Below are positions 1 through 7,898 of a stretch of DNA of 64,000 nt, in pieces. Numbering within the stretch: position 1 is the first letter of the stretch; each line of letters starts with the position of its first letter. The translations under genes were made by a program, and so were the position numbers. The notes beneath the pieces are model-generated. The model was not told the DNA's origin and searched no databases. It was given only the letters and a program-made list of their open reading frames with translations. The stretch comes from Anaerolineaceae bacterium (GTDB lineage: Bacteria > Chloroflexota > Anaerolineae > Anaerolineales > Anaerolineaceae): NCBI GenBank assembly GCA_034430215.1, contig DAOUFE010000013.1, positions 5,702-69,701 of the forward strand, written 5' to 3'.

Positions 1-2
1 GA

Positions 3-503
3 TATCCCATGGCAGGTGGTGTTGGCGGGCGCGCAGATGTGATCGGATGTTTCGCCGCAGGCATCGGTGGTACCGGAGAGCGTGCCTATATTGGTGGCAC
101 ACTATCAGCCAATCCGCTTTCCTGCGTAGCAGGGTATTATTCCTTGCTTGAATTGGAAAAGACCAATGCACCCGTCATTGCAGGGCGTGCGGGCGACAGG
201 CTCACAAAGGGGCTGCAGGCTATTATTGATAAATATGCTCTCCCATTCGTGGTGTACAACCAGGGTTCAATCGTCCATCTCGAAACCTCCGCCGTGATGC
301 TGCTCGATTTCCGCAATCCGCTTCGCCTGGCTCGCGAACTAAAACCCCGCAAGCACATGATGGAAGAAATGGGTGCTGCGTATATGTCGCAGGGATTGAT
401 CACACTGGCAGGCTCCCGCATGTATACATCTATGGCGGATACCGATGATGTGATTGATAATGCATTGAGCAAGTTCGAAACTGTTTTATCAGCCTGTGCG
501 TAG
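3..503 (+). CDS. class-III PLP aminotransferase (glutamate-1-semialdehyde aminomutase-like), C-terminal part; 5' end outside window
   Basis: The frame is open from the window edge to TAG at 501-503. GGTLSANPLSCVAGYYSLLELE and the following sequence resemble the C-terminal domain of class-III aminotransferases. Confidence 0.65.
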   Translation, partial: YPMAGGVGGRADVIGCFAAGIGGTGERAYIGGTLSANPLSCVAGYYSLLELEKTNAPVIAGRAGDRLTKGLQAIIDKYALPFVVYNQGSIVHLETSAVMLLDFRNPLRLARELKPRKHMMEEMGAAYMSQGLITLAGSRMYTSMADTDDVIDNALSKFETVLSACA

Positions 504-512
504 AGGTTCACT

Positions 513-1724
513 ATGACAACCGACTATAAACTCTATAAATATCGCTGGGTAGTATTGGCTGTCTTCATGTTCATTAACTTGACGATCCAGATGCTTTGGA
601 TCACCTATGCTCCCATTACGGGACCCGCAGCAAAATTCTACGGGGTAACCGATTTGAAGATCGGTTTCCTGGCGATGTCTTTTATGATTGCCTTTATCCC
701 GCTTTCGATCCCAGTTTCATGGATCATAGACACATATGGCTTTAGGCGCGCCGTCAGCATTGGGGCGGTCTTGATGGGTGTTTTTGGTCTCTTGCGCGGG
801 TTTGCCGGCACCAACTATACCCTTGTTTTATGCAGCACTATCGGCATTGCTGCTGCTCAACCTTTCTTGCTCAATGCCTGGACAAAAGTTCCAGCCAATT
901 GGTTTGCCATCGAAGAGCGAGCCACTGCAGTAGGGATGGTAACGCTCTCTAACCTGGTTGGGACTGCGGTAGGAATGGTATTGACGCCCATTTTAATCGA
1001 GACTATTTCCATTCCAAATGTTCAATTAATCTATGGCGGTATTGCAGCCTTCTCTGCGGTTTTATTCGTGATTTTTGCGCGAGAAAAACCAGCCACTGCA
1101 CCAGGTCCTATTGGAAGTGAAGTACGTGCCCTGATGCTGGATGGATTGAAGCACGCCCTCACAGTAAAATCTTTCTGGCTGTACCTGTTTGTCTCATTTG
1201 TTGGTTTGGGGATTTTTAACGGTGTTACCACCTGGGTGGAAAACATCATTCGTCCACGCGGGTTGACGCCCACTGATGCCGGCACGCTTGGCGCGTTGAT
1301 GCTCATCGGTGGCGTGCTGGGTGCGGTTACTATCCCGCCATTTTCGGATAAACATCATAAACGGAAGCCCTATATCTTACTTGGCTTATTACTGGCGATC
1401 CCGGGTTTGATTGGAGTGACCTTTGCCACCAACAAGTGGTTAATCTTCGTTTCTGCCTTTGCAATGGGATTCTTCCTCGTCAGTACCAGCCCCATCGGTA
1501 TGCAGTATGCTTCTGAAGTAACTCACCCTACCCCTGAAGGCACCTCGAACGGATTGATCCAACTTTTCGGTCAGGCATCTGTTGTGTTTGTGTACATCAT
1601 GGAAGCCTTAAAAACCCCGGAAGGTTCATTCACCCCCGCATTGCTTTTGGCAATTGGACTGATAATTATTAGTGCCCTCTTGGTCACCCAATTGAAAGAG
1701 CCTAAAGAACTTCAAGACCTTTAG
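513..1724 (+). CDS. MFS transporter
   Basis: 403-aa ORF with about 12 hydrophobic helices in two halves, separated by a charged loop (REKPATAPGPIGSEVR). It starts 10 nt after the upstream stop. Confidence 0.8.
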   Translation: MTTDYKLYKYRWVVLAVFMFINLTIQMLWITYAPITGPAAKFYGVTDLKIGFLAMSFMIAFIPLSIPVSWIIDTYGFRRAVSIGAVLMGVFGLLRGFAGTNYTLVLCSTIGIAAAQPFLLNAWTKVPANWFAIEERATAVGMVTLSNLVGTAVGMVLTPILIETISIPNVQLIYGGIAAFSAVLFVIFAREKPATAPGPIGSEVRALMLDGLKHALTVKSFWLYLFVSFVGLGIFNGVTTWVENIIRPRGLTPTDAGTLGALMLIGGVLGAVTIPPFSDKHHKRKPYILLGLLLAIPGLIGVTFATNKWLIFVSAFAMGFFLVSTSPIGMQYASEVTHPTPEGTSNGLIQLFGQASVVFVYIMEALKTPEGSFTPALLLAIGLIIISALLVTQLKEPKELQDL

Positions 1725-1749
1725 GTTCTCTTTTTCTACAGGATAAATC

Positions 1750-3330
1750 ATGACTGGTGAAAAAACTATCATAGCAGTTGATCTGGGAACATCCGGTATG
1801 AAGGTCGCACTGATCACGGTCAGTGGTAAAGTATTGGGCTGGGAAAATGAACCCATCAACCTCATTCTCACACCCGATGGTGGTGCAGAACAAAGCCCGG
1901 ATGAATGGTGGCAGGCATTTCTCTCTGCTGCAGGCAGGTTGATGGATCGGAATCGGGATGCAAGTGCGAAAGTGATCGCAGTTTGCTGTTCCACCCAGGG
2001 TGAAGGGACGGTTGCTGTTGACCGGGATGGAAATGCCCTGGGCAACGCGATCCTCTGGATGGACATGCGTGGTCAACCCTGTCTGCTTAAACAACTTCAT
2101 GGTTTATTCAACATGAATGGCGCGGACATTTTCAAGGTACTCAAGTTTATACAATTGACCGGAGGGATGCCATCGCTAACCGGTAAAGACCCTGCCGCAC
2201 ACATGCTGCTGATCCGCGATACGATGCCTGAGATCTATGAAGGCACTTATAAATTCTTGAATGTTCTTGATTATCTAAATTTACGATTGACGGGTGAGTT
2301 CGTCGCTAGTTTTGATTCGATCGTTACATCCTGGATAACGGATAACCGCAACCCCGATTCGATCTGCTACGATGATTCTTTGATCAATATCCTTGGCATT
2401 GATCGCCAGAAACTTCCCGACATTGTTCCCTGTACAAAAGTGATCGGTACCCTGAGAAGGGATGTCGCAGAAAAATTGGGGCTTTCAATGGATGTCAAAG
2501 TAGTTGCGGGAGCCATTGACAATACTGCCGCAGCTATAGGTGCTGGAGCAGTGGAGGATTATGCCATGCACCTGTATTTAGGCACCTCTTCCTGGATGAC
2601 AGCACATGTACCTTACAAGAAAACAGATATCTCCTCCAGCCTGGCTTCCATCCCCTGTGCAATACCAGGACATTATTTACTAACGGCTCTCCAGGCAACT
2701 GCAGGGGGCAACCTCACCTTTCTGCGTGACAATATCATCTATCATAAAGATGAGTTGTTGCAGGAAGCAGATGTGCCTGATATTTTCAAAGTACTCGACC
2801 AGATTGCAGCACGTGTTCCTGCAGGTGCCAACGGCGTATTATACACACCGTGGATCTGGGGAGAACGCGCTCCGGTGGAAGACCGCAGTCTGCGGGCAGG
2901 ATTGTACAACCTTTCGCTGAACAATACGCGTGAGGACATCATCCGTGCATTCCTTGAAGGTATCGCCTTCAACACGCGCTGGCTGCTTGACCCTGTCGAA
3001 AATTTCTTGAACCGCAAAGTGACTTCGATCAACATCGTTGGGGGTGGAGCGCAATCGGACGTCTGGTGCCAGATTTTTGCGGATGTGATGAACGTAGAGA
3101 TCAAACAGGTCACAGACCCTCTTTATGCCAATGCACGTGGAGCAGCCTGGATTGGAGCGGTTGGGATGGGTGAGATCAGGTTTACCGATATTCCCCAACT
3201 GGTGGAATTTAAAAGAATTTACCAACCGAGACCAGAAAATCGGGCACTCTATGATGAGAAATTCATTGTCTTCAAACTGATCTACAAACAGATGAGAAAG
3301 GTTTATTCACGCTTGAATTCGCCATTTTAA
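1750..3330 (+). CDS. FGGY-family carbohydrate kinase (xylulokinase/glycerol kinase-like)
   Basis: N-terminal AVDLGTSGMKVAL and C-terminal GGGAQSDVWCQIFADV motifs are typical of FGGY kinases. Length is 526 aa. Confidence 0.85.
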   Translation: MTGEKTIIAVDLGTSGMKVALITVSGKVLGWENEPINLILTPDGGAEQSPDEWWQAFLSAAGRLMDRNRDASAKVIAVCCSTQGEGTVAVDRDGNALGNAILWMDMRGQPCLLKQLHGLFNMNGADIFKVLKFIQLTGGMPSLTGKDPAAHMLLIRDTMPEIYEGTYKFLNVLDYLNLRLTGEFVASFDSIVTSWITDNRNPDSICYDDSLINILGIDRQKLPDIVPCTKVIGTLRRDVAEKLGLSMDVKVVAGAIDNTAAAIGAGAVEDYAMHLYLGTSSWMTAHVPYKKTDISSSLASIPCAIPGHYLLTALQATAGGNLTFLRDNIIYHKDELLQEADVPDIFKVLDQIAARVPAGANGVLYTPWIWGERAPVEDRSLRAGLYNLSLNNTREDIIRAFLEGIAFNTRWLLDPVENFLNRKVTSINIVGGGAQSDVWCQIFADVMNVEIKQVTDPLYANARGAAWIGAVGMGEIRFTDIPQLVEFKRIYQPRPENRALYDEKFIVFKLIYKQMRKVYSRLNSPF

Positions 3331-3426
3331 CTGTATTTTTAGCAGATACATATCATCAGCCTCGCTTGTGTGTGCTTCATCTCTGAAGTATGATGGTGGA
3401 GAATTCTGTTGCACAGGCAATAAACC

Positions 3427-4176
3427 TTGGAAACCACCGGTTCTCCTCAATATTTCATTGGAACTTCTGGCTGGACATATGACCACTGGAAGGGCTGTTT
3501 CTATCCCCAGGATCTGGCAAAGAGCCATTGGTTTGATTTTTATGCTAAACGCTTCAATGCAGTTGAGATCAACGCAACTTTTTACCGGACTTTTCAGGAT
3601 CAAACCTACTTGAATTGGAAATCTCGTGCCCCGCAGGGGTTCGGATATGTGCTCAAAGCTCCCAAAACCATAACCCATCGTAAACTTCTCAACGATGTGG
3701 ATGCGGATATCCAGGCTTTTTGTCGTTCTGCTGCTCTGCTTGGAGATACTTTCGAGATGATCCTGCTGCAGGTCGCACCAAACCTCCCGCATGACCTGGG
3801 GTTGTTGAAACACACTCTGCAGGCATTTTCAGATCCCTCACGGGTGGCAGTGGAATTTCGCAATGCATGTTGGTTCAATCAGGAGACCGAAAGCCTTTTA
3901 AGCTCGGTTGGGGCAGTTTTCTGTAATGTAGATTCACCCAGGCAGAAGTTAACGGAAATTCTCACATCAGAGCGGGCATACATACGTCTACATGGACGAA
4001 AAAGCTGGTATTCCAGTAATTACACAGATGAAGAACTGACAGCAATCGCAAGCCTGGCGCGTAAATTAATCGCACGCGGTGCCAGGCAGGTATATGTCTT
4101 TTTTAACAATGACTTCGGGGGGTATGCCCCTGCTAATGCGCTGGTGTTGCGGAAATACCTTCAAAAACAACCTTAA
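3427..4176 (+). CDS. DUF72 family protein
   Basis: GTSGWTYDHWKGCFYP near the N-terminus and a length of about 250 aa are typical of DUF72 (YecE-like). The annotated start is TTG. Confidence 0.75.
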   Translation: METTGSPQYFIGTSGWTYDHWKGCFYPQDLAKSHWFDFYAKRFNAVEINATFYRTFQDQTYLNWKSRAPQGFGYVLKAPKTITHRKLLNDVDADIQAFCRSAALLGDTFEMILLQVAPNLPHDLGLLKHTLQAFSDPSRVAVEFRNACWFNQETESLLSSVGAVFCNVDSPRQKLTEILTSERAYIRLHGRKSWYSSNYTDEELTAIASLARKLIARGARQVYVFFNNDFGGYAPANALVLRKYLQKQP

Positions 4177-4507
4177 TTTCGATTATTGAGCAAAAAGAGC
4201 GATGGGGTTACAGCAAATATTATATAAAGACCAGTATGTATTTTCTTATGCTGAATATGAGGATAGGCAGGGATAGTCAGGGCTATCCAATTCTGACACA
4301 GCATAGTTTGATCGCCCGCATCAAAGATCATGCACTCTTTAACAGACTTTAATAGAACATGATTTTCGTTGCTTATATGGATTGTGAAGTTGAGCGAAGC
4401 AACCTGCACCACGCGCAGTGCAGGCGAACATCTTTTTGTGGTATTGTGTAAATCCCATTGCAAGACCCTCACCTGCACCTCATTGGGTAATGAAATCGCA
4501 AATTCAT

Positions 4508-4541
4508 CCCTCTCCATTTTTGCACTTGAAAATGGGGAGGG
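4508..4541. repeat. GC-rich imperfect hairpin (ccctctccatttt / aaaatggggaggg)
   Basis: 13-nt arms with one mismatch around a 7-8 nt loop. It lies in a non-coding spacer. Confidence 0.6.
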
Positions 4542-4624
4542 TGGCGAATTCAAGAGAGGTCATACTGAAACATTAAAATGGTGGGTTGCAAGCCCACCCT
4601 ACAAAAACCCACTGTCATTACTTC

Positions 4625-4850
4625 ACCCTGCGTTCTTTGCAGGTGAAGCTATCTGCTATTCAGAGACTGCCACGCTTCGCTTGTAGTGACAAACCTGCTG
4701 ACCTTGCGAACCCTGCGTTCTTTGCAGGGTGAAGCTACCTGCTATTCAGAGACTGCCGCGCTTCGCTTGTAGTGACAAACCTGCTGACCTTGCGCACCCT
4801 GCGTTTCTTGCAGGGTGAAGCAACTATGCGTTTTTCGTGGTGGTTACTCG
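4625..4850. repeat. tandem array of an 85/86-bp unit, about 2.6 copies (family A)
   Basis: Units start at 4625, 4710 and 4796 with accctgcgttctttgcagg. Each contains a ccctgc-N7-gcaggg hairpin and a cgcttcgcttgtagtgacaaa block. The last unit is a variant ending gcgtttttcgtggtgg. A related array lies at 56569-56703. Confidence 0.9.
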
Positions 4851-4951
4851 AGCCTAGCTAACGTTAGATGGGATCAAAGAACGATCCCACGAAAACTAAT
4901 CCAGAATTAGTACAGTCTGAAAAACGACTGCATCTTACCCGCTATCACCTT

Positions 4952-5599
4952 CTACAGATCCAATCTTTCAAAATGCTGTACCGATCTGCCATAGGCAACG
5001 GCGGTCAGCAGAGCGAACAATATGATCCCAACAATAAAAACCAGGGATTGCTGTAGGTAATACACGGCATTCGCCGTGTCCAGAGTAACCTTCCAGGTTG
5101 GGATGATATTTATCAGTACCTCAGACAAACCCACAAAGATCGTCATTGCGACACAGGAAACCAGATAGGGTGTGCCTGGTTTGTAAGCCGTTCGGTAGAA
5201 CATGGGCAGAAAAGTGATGTTAAAGATACCAAACATTATCAAGACTAACCCGAAGAAGGCGATATTCGCTTCCATGCCTGCGGGATTTTCAACCGGGAGA
5301 ATACGATATCGGAGGATAGCGAAGGGAATGCTCACGATCACCTGCAGCAATTCAAAGAGGAGAACCGTGAAAAATCGAGCTTTCACCGCATCCCTTTTCC
5401 TGATCGGCAATAAAACTGTAAAGAAAATATCATTGGTCACATTACCATTCAGAAATATAAAGAAAATACCCAGTGTCTGATAGAAAAATGCTACATAGTA
5501 GGGATAACTGGGGATCAGAAGCATTGCTGCCAGAGGAAGGAACAAATAACATGTCGGGTGAACCGATAATTTTAATTCTTTATAAATCAGGTTCTTCAT
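4952..5599 (-). CDS. ABC-2 type transporter permease
   Basis: 215-aa ORF with about 6 TM helices. Its start overlaps the stop of the upstream ATPase gene by 20 nt. Confidence 0.7.
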   Translation of the reverse strand: MKNLIYKELKLSVHPTCYLFLPLAAMLLIPSYPYYVAFFYQTLGIFFIFLNGNVTNDIFFTVLLPIRKRDAVKARFFTVLLFELLQVIVSIPFAILRYRILPVENPAGMEANIAFFGLVLIMFGIFNITFLPMFYRTAYKPGTPYLVSCVAMTIFVGLSEVLINIIPTWKVTLDTANAVYYLQQSLVFIVGIILFALLTAVAYGRSVQHFERLDL

Positions 5600-6446
5600 C
5601 TGCCTGCCTTCTTTCCGTGTAGATCATGATGGATTCCAGGTCAGCGGTGGTTACCTTGAAATCCTGGATATCCTGTACATCATTGCTTTGCAACATGCCT
5701 GTAAATTCACCTTTCCTCTCGCGATATCCGATGATCTTCCTCTTGAGCGATGGGGGGATTCGAGCCGTTTCACCTTTGATAATGCGATAAGAATTGAGAA
5801 ATGCATCTTTATCCTGGCTGGCAATGATCTCACCATTTTTCAGATAGGTGATGTCATCCGCATTCTTCTCCAGATCAGAAGTAATGTGCGTGGAAAAGAA
5901 GATCGAAGTGCCTTCTTTATCAACAATATCTGTAAATATATTCAGCAATTCATCGCGCGAAACCGGGTCGAGTCCCGTGGTCGGCTCATCCAGGATCAAC
6001 AATTCAGCATGATGAGATAGGGCAAGAGCTAATGCAAATTTGATACTCATCCCTTGCGAAAGTTGTTTGATCTTTTTATCCGGGTCCAAATCAAAGCGGG
6101 TGAGGTAATTTTGATAGATAGCTTCATCCCATTTCTTATAAAACCCGCGGTAAACATCCGTAATCGTTCGGATCTTGCTTTGTGAAAAATAGTTAGCTGC
6201 TCCGAGGATGAAAGAAATTCGCTGTTTGATCTCGAACTCATGCTCCTTAACATCCAGACCAAAAAATTGGATCGATCCACTATCCGGGTGCACCAGGTTG
6301 AGGATGGACTTCATGGTAGTCGTCTTCCCGGCTCCATTTTTCCCGATGAAACCCATGATCCTTCCCTGTTCCACAGAAAAAGACACATCCTTAAGGTGGA
6401 ATTTTTCATAATGCTTGTTCAAATTTTTTACGGTTAGTACTTCCAT
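5580..6446 (-). CDS. ABC transporter ATP-binding protein
   Basis: Walker A GKNGAGKTT, signature LSQGMSIKFAL and Walker B LLILDEPTTGLD. Confidence 0.9.
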   Translation of the reverse strand: MEVLTVKNLNKHYEKFHLKDVSFSVEQGRIMGFIGKNGAGKTTTMKSILNLVHPDSGSIQFFGLDVKEHEFEIKQRISFILGAANYFSQSKIRTITDVYRGFYKKWDEAIYQNYLTRFDLDPDKKIKQLSQGMSIKFALALALSHHAELLILDEPTTGLDPVSRDELLNIFTDIVDKEGTSIFFSTHITSDLEKNADDITYLKNGEIIASQDKDAFLNSYRIIKGETARIPPSLKRKIIGYRERKGEFTGMLQSNDVQDIQDFKVTTADLESIMIYTERRQADEEPDL

Positions 6447-6512
6447 ATTTTTCCTTTTTCAACAATAATGAAACAGCTTCGTTGTGCTACATTCCTTAAC
6501 GATGTCAATAAT

Positions 6513-6755
6513 TCATTCCTCTTCTTCCGATGGTTCCATGCTGGCTTCCAGGATTGCCATGAAACCCGGTTTTTTCTCAAGCAGGGTGGATGCTTTAATG
6601 ATCGCCAATCCCTGTTTCAGGTCGCCCAGCACAAGCAGCTTGTCACCTACCTGAATGTTAAAGTCACGCCTGGCTTCTGCAGGAATAACAATTTGACCTC
6701 TCTCACTGACGGTGATCGCACCGTAAAAACGTTTTCCTTTTGGGGGTTTTGCCAT
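6513..6755 (-). CDS. AbrB/MazE/SpoVT-family DNA-binding protein
   Basis: ITVSERGQIVIPAEARRDFNIQVGDKLLVLGD matches the SpoVT-AbrB looped-hinge helix fold signature. It is the first gene of a three-gene operon with the ABC-2 exporter. Confidence 0.8.
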   Translation of the reverse strand: MAKPPKGKRFYGAITVSERGQIVIPAEARRDFNIQVGDKLLVLGDLKQGLAIIKASTLLEKKPGFMAILEASMEPSEEEE

Positions 6756-6770
6756 CTTTCACCTCATGAC

Positions 6771-6800
6771 AAGATAAATCTTGTATACAAGATTTATCTT
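6771..6800. promoter_or_regulatory. perfect 30-bp palindrome, candidate operator
   Basis: aagataaatcttgta|tacaagatttatctt is an exact inverted repeat. It ends 16 nt upstream of the AbrB-like start codon and overlaps the predicted -10. Confidence 0.6.
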
Positions 6801-6824
6801 ACTATTGAGTAGGTATTCTGTCAA
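6796..6824 (-). promoter_or_regulatory. sigma70-type promoter for the AbrB/ABC-2 operon
   Basis: The minus strand reads TTGACA (6824-6819), a 17-nt spacer, then TAAGAT (6801-6796). Confidence 0.5.
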
Positions 6825-6851
6825 CATTCTCCAATCTCAAAAAGCGTCTGT

Positions 6852-6860
6852 TGGTATAAT
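6852..6860 (+). promoter_or_regulatory. extended -10 element (TGGTATAAT) upstream of the nitrilase-family gene
   Basis: TGn-TATAAT at 6852-6860, about 85 nt upstream of the 6944 start. No good -35 was seen. Confidence 0.3.
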
Positions 6861-6943
6861 TACTTCACAGGGTGGCCAGTGAAAATCAAGAAAACTCGAG
6901 TGACCGTTTCTCCCTTTAATAAAACTACACATAAGGAAAAAAG

Positions 6944-7780
6944 ATGGAATTACTCACTGCAGCTGCAATTTCAACTAAAAACTATATTGGTGAGCAAGGC
7001 AAAGCACTACAAACAATGGAAAACTGGCTTCAGCGCGCTTCTGAACAGGGATCAGAACTGGCTTTATTCCCCGAACTCAATGTCAGTGGATATATCCCCG
7101 CCCCCATTGCCGCTCAAATAGCTGAACCTGTTCCGGGACCTTCCACCGAGAAGATCATCCGGCTGGCAGAAAAATATCGCACGACAATCGCTTTTGGGTT
7201 GATCGAAAAAGAAAACAATAAATTATTTTGCACACATGTGCTGGTAAACGGAAATGGGATTCTGGGCAAACAACGAAAGATCCATGTGCCGGCTCATGAA
7301 CGACCTTTCTGGGGCGCAGGGGATGCCATTGAGATCATGGATATGGGAAAAGCAAACATTGGCATTGCTGTTTGTCGGGATGCTTTCTTTGACGAAATGA
7401 CCCGCACACTCTACTTTAAAGGCGCCGATATCGTTCTGATGCCTTTTGGGTACTACAACGTGCCGCGCAACCAATACCTCAAAGAGACGATTCATGGCAT
7501 GTCTCTGGTCAAATCAGCCTGGTCCAATGGTTTTTTTGAGCTTTTATGCAACAACGCAGAAGATCGCTCTGCCAATGCCTACGAGCCACACGGGAATAAG
7601 TTCCCTGGTTGGGCTGGCATTATCGATCCTTGGGGCATGGTTCTAGGGTTTGTGGAAGATGAAGGGAATAATGAATCCATGATCGTACGGAAGCTCGATC
7701 CTGCTGTTATGATTGACCGCCGCTCCCACCCCAATTTCCTTGCAAAGGAATTACGCCCAGCGTTGTATCAATTTGAATGA
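6944..7780 (+). CDS. carbon-nitrogen hydrolase (nitrilase superfamily)
   Basis: The Glu-Lys-Cys triad contexts are present: FPELNVSGY, GKQRKIHVP and IGIAVCRDAFF. Confidence 0.8.
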   Translation: MELLTAAAISTKNYIGEQGKALQTMENWLQRASEQGSELALFPELNVSGYIPAPIAAQIAEPVPGPSTEKIIRLAEKYRTTIAFGLIEKENNKLFCTHVLVNGNGILGKQRKIHVPAHERPFWGAGDAIEIMDMGKANIGIAVCRDAFFDEMTRTLYFKGADIVLMPFGYYNVPRNQYLKETIHGMSLVKSAWSNGFFELLCNNAEDRSANAYEPHGNKFPGWAGIIDPWGMVLGFVEDEGNNESMIVRKLDPAVMIDRRSHPNFLAKELRPALYQFE

Positions 7781-7821
7781 TTCCCAGAATATAAATTATT
7801 TGCTTCGATTTTCATAAAGGG

Positions 7822-7863
7822 AAAGCACCTCAATTTTGTGCAGATGAGGTGCTTTCATTTTTA
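7822..7863. terminator. bidirectional intrinsic terminator between convergent genes
   Basis: Perfect 11-bp stem aaagcacctca / tgaggtgcttt (7822-7832 and 7845-7855) followed by cattttt. Confidence 0.7.
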
Positions 7864-7898
7864 CCCATTAGAACCTGTCACCGTGTGGTCAGCCTGTG

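Noticed and set aside
137-511. 124-aa antisense ORF opposite the aminotransferase fragment, and similar antisense ORFs listed throughout the track.
   Set aside because: These are shadow ORFs of strongly supported genes on the other strand. They carry no independent signals.
4173-4686. ORFs 4173-4553 (-) and 4369-4686 (+) in the repeat-rich spacer.
   Set aside because: Both run through hairpin and repeat sequence, lack an RBS and any recognisable motif, and overlap each other.
4625-4850. The tandem repeats could be a CRISPR array.
   Set aside because: The units are contiguous 85-86-bp copies with no unique spacers. No cas genes are in the window.
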